A stretch of 64,000 nt of DNA from Blastocladiella emersonii ATCC 22665 (taxonomy: Eukaryota > Fungi > Blastocladiomycota). The position numbers and the translations under genes are program-made. A model generated the notes under the pieces. It was not told the origin of the DNA and searched no databases. It saw nothing but the letters and a program-made list of their open reading frames with translations. Shown here one piece after another: positions 22,288-33,545 of the stretch (its first letter is position 1; each line of letters starts with the position of its first letter). The stretch is taken from the NCBI GenBank assembly GCA_025594325.1, contig JANHCV010000001.1, positions 4,402,001-4,466,000 on the forward strand. The letters run 5' to 3'.

Positions 22288-22473
22288 TCAACAACACACC
22301 GTCCGGCAAGAACACCTTGCCATGCGTTGCTACTTTGGCTCACTCGACATTCGGAACGAGATGAACGCGTCCTCGATCGCATTGTGAACCCACACTCGTT
22401 TCGACGTCGTCGGTATCGCTCCTCCTGCACTTGACGAGTTTCGCGACACAGCTTACGCCACCACAAGCATGTA

Positions 22474-23680
22474 TCAACAAAAGTCGTCCGTCGCGGCGAG
22501 AAACGCGAGCGCCGCCTTGGCCATGACCAGCGAGCAGTCATGCGCCGCGTCCGGGTCCGTGACCATGGACAGCCGCTCGTCCGCCACGCCTGCAAGCCGG
22601 TACACAGCCTCGAGCGCGGCCCAGAACCCAGCGCTCGCGTCCACGGGCACGAGCGTGTCGCGACCGCCGCCAAGAAACTGCACCCGCGGGAGAGCGCGCG
22701 GACCGCGATCGTGCAGCAGCAGCGGCACGCGGTGAACCGGATCGACGCGGCGCACCAGCTGCGCCAGCGACGGCGGGAACGCGACGTGCCACGGCGGCAG
22801 CTCGCCCTCGGGCTTGCGCGCCGCGAGCTTGGTGTACCGACCGCGCATGAGCGTTTCTAGCGAGAGTGAGGGGTGAGGTGAGCCGAGTTGGGTGAGAGAT
22901 CGTCAGCGGGAGGACGCGTACCGTAGTCGCCGCAGCCCACGAATCCGATAATCAGGTCGATGCGCGGGTCTACGCGGTGGGATCGTGAGCGCTCGAGTCG
23001 AGTAACCAGTCGAGATTGCCATTCGCACCGTTAAGTCCGGCGATAAACGACGCGTGCGCGCCGAGACTGATGCCCGACACGCCCCACGCGACGGGCGGTG
23101 CGCGGCCGTCCACCTCGAACCGCGCCGGGAGCTGGTCGATCAGGAACGACACGTCAAGCGCTGTCCCGCGCCTGTCGTCGCGATCGGCGCGCGTTAGCGA
23201 ATGCAATACCGACGAGTAGGTCAAGAAAGTCGGTACAGACTGGATCGAGTACATGTCGACGGCGTGCATCGGGTTGCGCGTCGCGCCCGTCCACCCGCAG
23301 TTCCCCTGCTCGCGCACAAGGCGCCCGCCGTGGTTGCGCTGGTCAAACGCTACGGCCACGATTGGTAGCTGGTCCCGCGATCGCGAGCGGCCGGCATAGG
23401 CGCGGCACATGGCGTCCATCTCGTGCGCCGTAGCTACACGGTCGTTTGAGCTCCGTCACGTCAGATCGCTGTTCCGCTCGCGTACATAGCCGTCGAGCAG
23501 ACACGCACACTGGCGGCCGTGCAGGCAAAAGATGACGCGGCACGGCATCTTCGCGTCGGCGCCGGTCAAGCGCGACAGGCCGAAGACACGGAGCGCGATG
23601 CCGCCCACATCCCACTCGTCGACGGCCGCATCCTTGTGCGCGGTCGGGATCAGCGACGTGAACTCGACTGAACCATTCAT
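22474..23680 (-). CDS. Uncharacterised fungal alpha/beta-hydrolase; 5 exons
   Basis: IFCLHGR, AFDQRNHGGRL, GTALDVSFLID, nucleophile elbow GISLG, DPRID..IGFVGCGDY, GGRDTLVP (Asp), AAHD (His). All introns GT-AG. Confidence 0.85.
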
Positions 23681-23909
23681 AGTGTACGCGTTGACGATGA
23701 TAGAAAGCAAGCAGTTGCAGCAAGTTACATGGCAGGGACTCCCTTCCGCGCTTCCATGTCGTACAGGGCTGCCGTGGCGCAGGGTCGGTGCCGACGACGC
23801 AACCCAGCCGGCGGGACGACGTCGGCGGCCATCGTCGGCGAGCACTCCCTCTCTCCCGTCCTGTTCTGGCCATCCATGACCCATGTAACGAGAGCACCAT
23901 CAGGCTACC

Positions 23910-25133
23910 ATGGAACTACTTGAGCGTGTCGGCACCTGGATCGAGGTCACGGACCCGTACGAGGAGCTCGCCGAGCTGTACGCCGACGAGCAGCACCACA
24001 CGCACAACGCCCACGTCTCGCAGCATGAGGAAGAGTTTGAGATCGACGTCGAGTGTACGTCTCGTCTCGGAGTCTGGGTGTGAGATGTCCGTGCTCGACT
24101 TATCCTGACCCTCGGCTTCCGCCATGGCCTCGCGCGACCCGCTGCCCTTGTCGGTTACAGACCCCGAGAACTCCAAGTCTGAGGCCACTGTGACGTTCCA
24201 GATCCTGCAGAACCAGTCGACGCAGGGCAAGGGACAGTACGTCCGCTCCTTCGCGCTCATCCGCGCCGATCCGTCGGCGACATGGACGATCGCTCACACT
24301 CGCCGCCTTGTCCAGGACCGGTTTCTGCCTGTGGGACGGCGCCGTGTGTCTCGCGCGATTCCTTGCTCGCAATACGCACAAGCTCGAGCTCGGCGGATCG
24401 CGGTACGGTCGTCTCACAACTTGCTCCGACACGCGCGAATCGCGGAACTGACGATCCTGCGCCCTCGCGACGCGCCGCTGCTCGCACACATAGCATCATC
24501 GAGGTCGGCAGCGGTTCGGGCCTCGTGAGTCTCTCACTACTTCATCACACGCCCCCCGTCGCAAGCGTCACCATGACCGACCAGGAGGCGCTGCTCAAGC
24601 ACCTCCGCCGCAACCTCACCAACCACCAGGAGCGCCAGTCCCGGCCTTCTCGGGTTCGCGGAAGCACCAAGTCCGCCAAAGCCACTGTCGCGACTGAGGT
24701 GCATGTTGAGGAGCTTGAGTGGGGCCTGGGTGACCCGCTCGCGCGTCATCCTGCACTGCAAGCCGTCGTGCGCGATCAGCGGCAACGCGGCGACGACGAG
24801 TCGGCTGTGGGCGGTTGGGACTTGGTCATCTCGAGCGACTGCGTGTACAACGAGCACTTGGTCGGCATCTACGTTGCGACTTTGAAGGGTTTGCTGCTCG
24901 CCCGCGTCGCGAAGGCGCGGCATGGCGTTCAGTACCGCGCCCCGATCGCGTTCGTGTGCTTTGAGCTGCGCAGCGACCACGTCACGCTCAAGTTCCTCGA
25001 GACGCTATTCGAAGCTCACGACGATCTCCTCGTTCTGCGACTCTCGCGTGAGCATCTTCCGCCGACCTTTCAGTCGGGCAGTTTGGCCCTCTACGCGATC
25101 CTCATTCGCGACGACGACAACGCAATCGAGTGA
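23910..25133 (+). CDS. Family-16 (METTL21/Rkm5/Efm6-like) SAM-dependent protein methyltransferase; 4 exons
   Basis: Spliced QTGFCLWDGAVCLARFL, motif I IIEVGSGSG, VTMTDQ, ELEWG, DLVISSDCVYNE, FELRS. Confidence 0.85.
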
Positions 25134-25172
25134 AATAAATAGATTACAGTCTTCCCCTCCACTTTCCGCTCA

Positions 25173-28086
25173 CTACGTCAGTGGTGCTGGCGGCGTACGA
25201 GCAATCTGCGGCCGCGTCTCAAACGCCGACGAGTACTCGCCCAGCTCCTGGCTGTTGTACTGGTGCCCGTCCTTGGGCAGCTTCGGGGGAGGAAGCGCGT
25301 GCTCGTCGCGCTGCAGGGTCGTCGAGGCCCGACCGGCCGGCGGCGGGACCTGCGACGCGGCGACGACGCGGATCGAGCGTGGCCGTGACCGTGGCTCGGC
25401 CGCCGTCGCGCTGTTCACTGATTGTGCGTCGTACCCGATCGACGAAGGCTGCTGCTGCTGTTGCTGATGGACCGGCGGCAGCGGCTTCGAGGCCATGCCA
25501 AGGATGCTCGGTGGACGAGCTGCGGCGGCTCCTTGCGTCCGTGGCCCGGGGATGGCCGAGATTGACGACGAGGGTGAGGCGCCGACCATGCCGCCGAGCG
25601 CGTAACCCGATCCGCTGCGATTCTCCGAGACGGTGCTCTTTCGTCCGAGCGAGACGGATGTGGCCGTGGCCGCGGGCGCATGCTACAGACGACATGAGGG
25701 TCAATCACGGAACATGCACAACGAAGACGGACGCCGTACCTGAGCCCGAGCTGCTTGGGAGCGAGCCGGAACGAGTCGACCTTGCGAGCGGCTGTCGGGC
25801 GCCTCGTACTGCTTTAGGAACTCGTCGCCGAGCGCCTCGTCCGATCCGACGCCGAGTTCAGCGACGGGATCCACGTCGTCACCGCCCGCATCGGGCTCCT
25901 CGAGCTCCTCCTCGTAGTCCTCCTCCTCGCCATCCTCGGACTGCGCATCGTCATCGTCGTAAAACTCGGAATCTACACGCGCGGGCGGCACACGAGTCAG
26001 CGAAACCACGAACACATGTGCGAGTTCGTGATCCGGTTTGATCCGACGGACGTACCCGCATCAAGACGCTCGAGGATCCGGTCCATCTGCTGCCCGAGCC
26101 CATCAATCGCGTTGCCGCGAAGACAGCGCAGGAGGTCGGGGATACCCATTGCGCGAGCCGCGTCGGCGAGCTCCGGGACCTCAATGACCGCGTACACGAC
26201 GCCGTGCACGTAGCTGCGGACGACGGGGTCGGGGTGCTCGAGCAGCGTGGCCATGACACGCAGGAGCGGGTGCATGACCTCGGCGGCCTTGCGGCGGCCC
26301 GCGGTGCGCAGCACGAGGTTCATGAGCAGCGCGCACGCGTACACGAACGTGCCGTCGGCCACCGTGTCGAGGTCGTCCTGCAGCAGCGTCACGACGAGGT
26401 ACCGGATCACGTCGCCGTGCGTGATGAGGTACGACTGCGCCGAGCGGCGCAGCGACATCTTCTCGAGGATCCCGAGGCAGTGCTGCTGCGTCGAGGGCCG
26501 GTCGGCCATCTTGAGCGCCGTGAGCACGGCCTTGAGCAGGTGCGACTCGAAGTGGCTAAAGTACGCGCGGCCGCAGTAGAAGCCGCACATGTAGTTGACG
26601 AGCTTGGCGACCTGCTCCTTGACGCCCGGAAACGCGTGCGAGAAGGGCGCGAGCGTCGGCTACATGGCGAAGCAGGGCGTCAGAGTGGATGGATGCCCCT
26701 CGCCTCGCTGAACCGCGCGCGTACCTGGGCCGAGTGGAAGCCGAACAGGTCGTAGTCGATGTAGCCCTTGACGACGATCCGCCGTTGAGGTGCCGTCGGC
26801 TGCGATGCGGCGCGCTAGGCGGGCAAAGGAGTTGTGAGCGATTCAGCGGCCATGGATCCGGGTGGCATCAGGATCGAACGTACGAGTCGAAGCGCGTGCA
26901 GCAGAACCATCTTGGTGCGACCGCTCGTTGAAATGTCGTTAGTGAGGGCCTGCTTGATGAGGTCAAAGTTGAGGTACTTGGGCCCGAGCCGCGCGGGCTG
27001 GTTGACGTTCTTGCGGAAGCTCTGCATCCGCTCCAGGACGCCAGCGATGTACTCTTGCGTGATCTACAGGACGCTCATACGAGTCAGCGAGCGATTCCCA
27101 ACGATACCGCGACCCGCCGCGCGTACCCGCTGCCCGTTGAGCGTCGACGCCAGAGTCCCGATCATCTCCGAGGTGATGGCGAGCAGGTTGTGGTAGTCGG
27201 CCTGCAGGATCTGGTGCTTCTTGAGCAGCCGCGTCTCCCGCGCCTTGTACTCTTCGACCGAGAGCACGATCTCGGATAGGCGGGACGGGACGACGACGTG
27301 GAGGTGCGCCGTGATGAAGTCGGTCAGCTTGCGCCGCAGGTCACCGAGCCACTCGGCCTATATGCGACAATCGCGTTAGTCGTCGAGTCCAGTCATCGCA
27401 GCGCATGGATCGGACCGAGAAGATGGTCGCAAAGGTCGGGTGCATCCTCGGGTCAGGGATGAACGGCAGCGCGTAGTACTGGAGAAATTCGGCCGTTTGC
27501 GAGAGCTGCGCGCCGCGCGTCTCGAGAAAGGCCTTGAACGTGTCGAGAGTGGACGACAGCGGGAGCTACACGCCGCACGAGCGTTAAATTCTGGTCGTCG
27601 TTGGCTCAACCGCGAACGCACGCACCTTGGATGCGGTCTGGTCGACGTGGGCGTTGACGGGGAACACGGCAAAGTGGATGCTCGTGTAGAACTCGAGCCG
27701 CATGGCCTCCTCGCTGCTGCGCGTGCCGTCGGATAGGTGCGAGTCCCATAGGTTGAAGAACTGGCCGCGCTCGCCACGCTCGAAACTCTTGAGGAGTGCA
27801 TCCTGAAGGTAGTCGCCGTGAGTAACAGATGGTTGCGACACTTATCATTGCGCGGCGTACCCGAACATCGGCGCTATTCAGCGTGGCCGTGCCCGACGCA
27901 ATCGAGATGAAGGTGTTGCCCTTGGCCGCATACTCCTTGGAGAAGGCGCTCAAAGTCTCGTTGAACTCGGACACGGTGAGGTACTAGTGTGCGGCGGCTC
28001 GGTCAGCGCAGGGCCCAGCATCTCTAGACCGAAAGCGATTCTACCTCGCGGACGAGGCTCGCGACTTGGCGCTCAGCTATGGTCAT
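25173..28086 (-). CDS. ARMC9: LisH domain-containing armadillo-repeat ciliary protein ARMC9; multi-exon
   Basis: LisH (VASLVREYLTVSEFNETLSAF), FFNLWDSH..RLEFYTSIHFAVF, FKAFLETRGAQLSQTAEFLQYYALPF, LQADYHNLLAIT, LEKMSLRRSAQS, VRSYVHGVVY. Confidence 0.88.
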
Positions 28087-28314
28087 GTTTGCATGGAGTT
28101 GAGGGTTGCGTCGAGTTGCATGCCTTCCGAGAGCGGGAAGAGAGGGGGGAAGCGATCGACTTGAGGAGTCGCGCCCTCGGATGAGAAACGCGGAGGCTGA
28201 AACGCGACGCGTTTCCGTCACCTGACGCTGGAGACAAGAGACATGGGCGGAAACCGACCAGTGCCAAAGAAAAAAAAAGTTGTATGTATCGTGATATATC
28301 GCCGCCACCGGGCT

Positions 28315-30202
28315 CTACTCGAGGAGCTCTAAGTCTTCTCCTGGGCGGAGGTAGCCACGCGTTGGGCTGTTCGCGTTGCTGTGGCCGACGTTCCACCGCG
28401 AGATGAAGCGGGACAAGGCCCAGAGCGAGAACCCGAGGCACATCCACACGAGGAGGAGGACAGCGTGGTACGGCTCGTTGGCCACGGCGACGGCCACCAT
28501 CCACGTACACACAGCGACAAAGCACACGGGGACGATCGCGTACACCTGGAACGGGCGCTCCGCGTACTTCCACTTGACGCTGACGTAGCGCAGGAGCAGC
28601 ACGGCGAGGGCGGTCGCTCCGTAGAACAGGTACGACGCGAAAGAGTACCAGTGGATCAGCTCGATGAGGCGCGCAGACGCGACCATGGGGATCGCGAGGC
28701 CGAGCTGCAGCGCGAGCGCGCGCATCGGCGTTCCGCGGGCGGCATTGAGCGTGGCAAAGAAGCTCGGGAGGTGCGACTGCTGCGCAGCAGCGGTGACGAG
28801 GTGGGAGCCGGTGTAAAGCGTCGAGCAAAGTGCGCCAAAGGAGCTCGCCACGATGCACAGCGGCAGGACAATCTTGCCGATCGCACCGAACGCGAGGCTG
28901 CCGTACTCGGCGACGAGACCGTGGTTCGCGGCCAGATCCTGCTCGGGAAGCACGACAAGGTACGCGACGTTGGTTGCGACGTACGAAACCGTCACGAGGG
29001 TCACGGCCGAGACGATCGCCCGAAGCACGACTCGTTCTGGCTCCTTGACGCGCTCCGTGACGTAGTTGAGGTTGTTCCTAGAGGGGTACGAGGCGTTAGT
29101 CGCGTGCTCGCCTGCGTGTCCGGCTTGCTACTAACGCACCATCCGTCAAAGCCCCACAACGCGGCCTGCAGGGCGAGGAGCATCGAGTGGTGGGCAGAAG
29201 CGGGCGTGGTACCCGCCGACTGGTCAGCAGCTGCTGGTGCAGCAGACTCGGATGCAGCAGCAGACTGGTTTGAGCCGCCACTGACGAGCGGTCCGAGCCC
29301 ACCGCCGCGAACGAGAATGAAGAGACCCGAGAGCGAGATGAGAGCGATCGCAGCGAGCTTGATGCCGAGGAACGTGGTTTGCGCGCGAGTCGCGACGCGC
29401 GGCGAAAAGGCGTTGATAGCGATCCCGGCGACGAGGAAGACGAGCGCGATCGACCGTTCCACGATGAGATCAGTTCCACTCGGGGCCTTGTCGTTGTCGA
29501 CGAGGTCGAAGAGTCGGCAAGTGTACTGCGCGGCGGTCGCGGCGAGGATCGCCGCGGTACCCGACTTGAGCAGGGTGATGGACGTCCAGATGAAGGCGAG
29601 CGCGGGGAAGCGGCCGTACGCTTCGAGCAGGTAGGCGTACTCGCCGCCGTTGCCGCTGATGAGCGTGCCGAGTTCCGCGTAGCAGAGGGCGCCCGTCAGC
29701 GATAGCACGCCAGCGAGGACCCAGATAAGGAGCGACGTCCACGCGCTTCCCGTATAGTCGAATATAGGGCCGGGAGACACGAAGATGCCGCTACCGATCA
29801 TCATGCCGACAATGATGGACAAGCCTAGTCAACGAGAAGGGTGCTCGTGAGCCGAGCTGCCCAAACGCGCGTGCGCCACCCAGCTGTCGGGTCGCGATGC
29901 AACAAGCATGGGAGATACGTACTGCCCCAGAACCCGAGGTCCCGCCTAGAGTCCGTGTACGGATCGTCGTCGCGCTCCGTTGGCTGGAGATGGATCGCGG
30001 CCGTGTGCTCAAAGAGATCAAAGGACGAGCCCGAGTCGAACGATTGGCGGACGGGCGAGCGAGCGCGGGCACCGGCGGCACCTCCTGGCGACATGGGCAC
30101 AGAGATGGACGACGAGGTTGAGAGGCGCGGCGATCGCGTCAGCGTCTCGGGACTGCCTTGGGCAATCGGCTTGAAGCCGAGCGAGGGTGGGGGCGCTGGC
30201 AT
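28315..30202 (-). CDS. APC-superfamily LAT-type amino acid permease; 3 exons
   Basis: SIIVGMMIGSGIFVSPG, LCYAELGT..GGEYAYL, ALWGFDGW, YVATNVAY, LPSFFATL..TP..AL, RPFQV. Confidence 0.9.
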
Positions 30203-31052
30203 GGCGGCGTCACAGTTCACCGACTGGTTTTCATCAGCTTCATTCGTAGGCCGTGCAAGCGGCGGGTGGGGTGAGAGGTCGAAGGGAGCGCGAGTGCCTC
30301 TCGCCGCGATGTGCGGTGGTGTGGCGAAGCGCGCCGTATCAAAATTTAGCGACACGTGCAGCGCGCGACGCTGTCGTTTGCGGCAATGCCCTCGACATGT
30401 ACTCAAAATGACACGATGCAATGGAGTCGCAGGCGTGGCATAATGTAGTTTATAAGTGTCGTGTGGTCTCGTACGATCGCCGATTCGTCGGGGTCGTCGC
30501 TTCTCCCCTGGCAGCCGCGTCGCCACGATACGCGGGATGGTCGCGTGTGATTTGCCCCCGCTCTTCGCGTCGCCCGCGGCTGCTAGGCCAGTCGCCGATG
30601 GTGGCTTTGTCGTCCGACCAGCGCAACCACGTCAGACATCGAGCGCCGCGTTGATCCTGCGCAGCACTTCTACTGCTGCTCGGCGAGGGCGGGCGACGAG
30701 CACTGCCGCGTTCAGCCTTTGGCTGGGTAAAGGTTCGCTACGCCGGTGGGTGCGGGTGCAAGCGTAGAGATGTGAGCATGGTGGGTTCGCACCCGCGCTT
30801 GAGACCGCGAACTGGCCACGATTGCGACCTCGACGCGCCATACGACTGTTCTCTCGACACGGCCGAGTCCGGGCTGCTTGCGTTGAGCGGGGATATGGAC
30901 ACGCGTGGGCTCATGCTTCACGGGCCGTGCGGGAAACTTTGTGGCTAGAGAGTGCGGAGACGGAAGCGCGAAGCCGCCAAGGAAGCGAGATCGCGCGGCT
31001 CGAAGCTGAGCATCCTCGCGCCTCTCTCGGCTCACCTCGTTTTCCTCGCCAG

Positions 31053-31462
31053 AAACGCTCATACGAGGGCGGTACACCAAGCTTGCGGCGCGCAAGCCCG
31101 AGGGCGAGCTGCCGCCGTGGCACGTCGCGTTCCCGCCGTCGCTGGCTCAGCTGGTGCGCCGCGTCGACCCGGTGCACCGCGTCGACCCGGTGCACCGCGT
31201 CGACCCGGTGCACCGCGTGCCGCTGCTGCTGCACGATCGCGGTCCACGCGCTCTCCCGCGGGTGCAGTTCCTCGGGGGCGGGCGCGACACGCTGGTGCCT
31301 GTGGACGCGAGCGCCGGGTTCTGGGCCGCGCTCGAGGCCGTGTACCGGCTCGCGGGCGTGGCGGACGAGCGGCTGTCCATGGTCACGGACCCGGACGCGG
31401 CGCACGACTGCTCGCTGGTCATGGCCAAGGCGGCGCTCGCCTTTCTCGTCGCGACGGACTGA
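31053..31462 (+). pseudogene. Orphan copy of the hydrolase last exon, with an internal 18-bp triplication
   Basis: Acceptor CCAG at 31049-52, then TLIRGRYTKLAARKPEG..AAHDCSLVMAKAALAFLVATD*. No homologous upstream exons are present. Confidence 0.8.
31160..31213 (+). repeat. Tandem repeat CGCGTCGACCCGGTGCAC x3 (RVDPVH x3)
   Basis: Three exact units here versus one unit in the intact gene near 22735-22752. Confidence 0.95.
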
Positions 31463-31675
31463 TCACGTCGTGTTTATACACGTACACGCATGTGATCCAA
31501 CCACCGTGTGATGAACGGGTTCGTGAGAGCGGGATGACGGATGCGACGGCGTCGTTGTGGGGGAGCGAGCGGGACCACGGCACTATCAAGGACGCGCTCA
31601 TCTCGTTCCGAATCTTGGATGAGGCCAAAGTAGCAACGTATGGCAAGGTAGTCTTGCCGGACGGTGCGTTATTGA

Positions 31676-31773
31676 TCGATGCGTGTCAGCCCCGAAAGAT
31701 GGTTAACGTTGAAACAACACGGCCCTCTGGGCTAGTTTCGACTGGCGTACGCCATGGTCATCATCTGCATCGA
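31676..31773 (-). ncRNA. snR39B: Box C/D snoRNA snR39B-like, copy 2
   Basis: Boxes, guide and terminal stem identical to copy 1; one substitution seen inside (GGCTTACG vs GGCGTACG). Confidence 0.85.
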
Positions 31774-31819
31774 ATCGTCGTAGTCGCGAATAAGGTCACG
31801 TAAAGCAGCAACGTAGGTT

Positions 31820-31971
31820 GAGTATCCGTCCTGTGTCAGCCCCCCAGGGTCTCTCTTTTTGACGACCTTCACTGGGGATTCCTATAGGACGTGTGGCTCT
31901 CACATCACAACTATAGTTTTGGACAAAGCCTCGGTCATTGTCCAACCGGGCTCCGTGGCAGTTCGTGTTGG
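31820..31971 (-). ncRNA. snR34: Box H/ACA snoRNA snR34-like, copy 2
   Basis: No difference from copy 1 seen across hairpins, pockets and the AUA box. Confidence 0.78.
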
Positions 31972-32351
31972 CCCACCGAAGTGGACTGATCCAAGGACCA
32001 GAACTGTGAGTGTGGGCCACCACGGAACATTTATACCGAGTGCCCCGCGGCGGCGGCGCGTGGGAGGGCGAAGGAGGAGTGGCTGAGCCGTTCCTTGCGT
32101 GGCGTGACCCCACGTTGGCCGTTGTCAGGGCCGGCTGAACTTGCAACTACGCTCGCGACCCGCGATGTTGATCGACCTCGAATCTGCCGGCCCGAGAAAA
32201 GTCCGGCACCACGACCACGACGCAGCTCATGTATCTCCGAGCCTGAGGCTCTCGCGACTTGTTGCATTTCTTCCGTTCCGGCGTCCCTGGGCGTGATACA
32301 TAAGGCCGACCTGCGCTCGGTCCGGCCTCCTCGACAACAACCATCACGACC

Positions 32352-33491
32352 ATGTATCGTTCCAGCCTTCGACTCGCGTCTTCCACCCGACCGCTGCTCG
32401 CGGTGAGCCCGGTCGTCCCTGCGATGCGCTTCGCGGCCCCGCTGGCCACCGTGGCGCCGATCGCCGTCCTCGGCCGCGGCTACGTTACGAAGCGGCCTGT
32501 CAAGCGCCAGCAGCATCAGGCTCGGACCCCGAAGCCGTCCACGACCATGGCCACCAGCTCGGCCGTCGACAACCTTCCCGCTGCCCCCGCCGCCGAGACT
32601 CCCGCTCCTCCCGCCGCCACGACCCCCGCTCTTCTCGCCGACACCCCCGCCGTCCCCGCTGCCGCCGCGCCCGCGAGCTTCATGGACAAGCTGCGCGCCT
32701 TCTTCGCCAAAAACTACCACGGCGTGTGCGTGCTGCTCAAGGAGGACTACCCGCGTTACCGCGCGCAGCAGCTCATTCCCGAGTCGCAGTGGACGCGGCG
32801 CGACCACGTGTTCATGTCTCGCGTGCGTTCGGACCTGCGCACGCTCGCGCCGTTCGCCGTATTCGTGTTGCTTCTCCCCGAGGCGATCCCGTTCCTCATC
32901 CTGCGCGGCATGGTCCCGAGCACGTGCCTTGACGCGTCCGACGTCGCCAAAGCGCGCGCGAAGCGGGTCCCGGTGCGCGACCGGATCGCGGGGAACCTGG
33001 TCAAGGCGCTGACGACGCGCAAGACGGTGTCCGGGTTCAACCCGGCCTCGCTCACCACGGCCGCGGGCGTGCGGGACATCACGGTGCGGTACGGCGCCGA
33101 GTTCGACCCGCGCGGGCTGAAGCGCAAGCAGCTGGCGTTCTGCCTCGACTTTCTCGGCGTGTCGCCCTTGTTCCCGCACCCGTTCGGCCTGGCCGCGCGG
33201 CTGGCGCGCACGGTCGCGGAGCTCGAGGCCGACGACCGCCGGATCGTTGCCGAGGGCGGGCCGCGCAAGCTGACGGACGCGGAGCTCGCGGCGGCCAGCG
33301 AGGCGCGCGGGGTGTCGACGGTGGCCACCGACGGCCGCGCGGCGCCGTCGCGTGCGCAGCTCGAGGCGTACCTCGCGACGTGGATCGAGATGAACACGGC
33401 GACCAAGCCCGGCGTGCCCAAGCCGCTCGTCGTGTTCGCGCGCATCGTGCAGTACGAGCGACTTGCGCGGGCGCTGGAGGGTAAGGCGTAG
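32352..33491 (+). CDS. LETM1-domain (LETMD1/Pnt1-like) mitochondrial protein; single exon
   Basis: Arg/Ser-rich presequence; LTRR-like WTRRDHVF..RVRSDLRTLAPFAVFVLLLPEAIPFL..VPSTC; LEADDRRI..LTDAELAAASEARG. Confidence 0.8.
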   Translation: MYRSSLRLASSTRPLLAVSPVVPAMRFAAPLATVAPIAVLGRGYVTKRPVKRQQHQARTPKPSTTMATSSAVDNLPAAPAAETPAPPAATTPALLADTPAVPAAAAPASFMDKLRAFFAKNYHGVCVLLKEDYPRYRAQQLIPESQWTRRDHVFMSRVRSDLRTLAPFAVFVLLLPEAIPFLILRGMVPSTCLDASDVAKARAKRVPVRDRIAGNLVKALTTRKTVSGFNPASLTTAAGVRDITVRYGAEFDPRGLKRKQLAFCLDFLGVSPLFPHPFGLAARLARTVAELEADDRRIVAEGGPRKLTDAELAAASEARGVSTVATDGRAAPSRAQLEAYLATWIEMNTATKPGVPKPLVVFARIVQYERLARALEGKA

Positions 33492-33545
33492 GAGGTAGAC
33501 GTGTAGTATATAGAAACAAAAGTTGTTGATGGCACAGAATCACTC

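Larger units (their letters stand above)
21936..22885 (+). repeat. Left arm of a ~1 kb inverted segmental duplication (partner 31025-32035)
   Basis: 21970-22175 and 22185-22290 are almost identical to the reverse complement of 32001-31670. The hydrolase last exon is also shared, while the 3'UTR between them is diverged. Confidence 0.95.
31025..32035 (-). repeat. Right arm of the inverted segmental duplication
   Basis: Reverse-complement match to 21936-22885. Begins inside the duplicated intron (CTCGGCTCACCTC) and ends at TATAAAT. Confidence 0.95.

Noticed and set aside
31160-31213. Short repeat arrays (18-bp x3, 15-bp x3, 10-bp x3) as CRISPR-like arrays
   Set aside because: They are head-to-tail repeats without spacers, lying in eukaryotic exons and introns.
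21936-32035. Composite transposon or mobile cassette bounded by inverted repeats
   Set aside because: The arms consist of host snoRNA and exon sequence. There is no transposase, terminal motif or target-site duplication.
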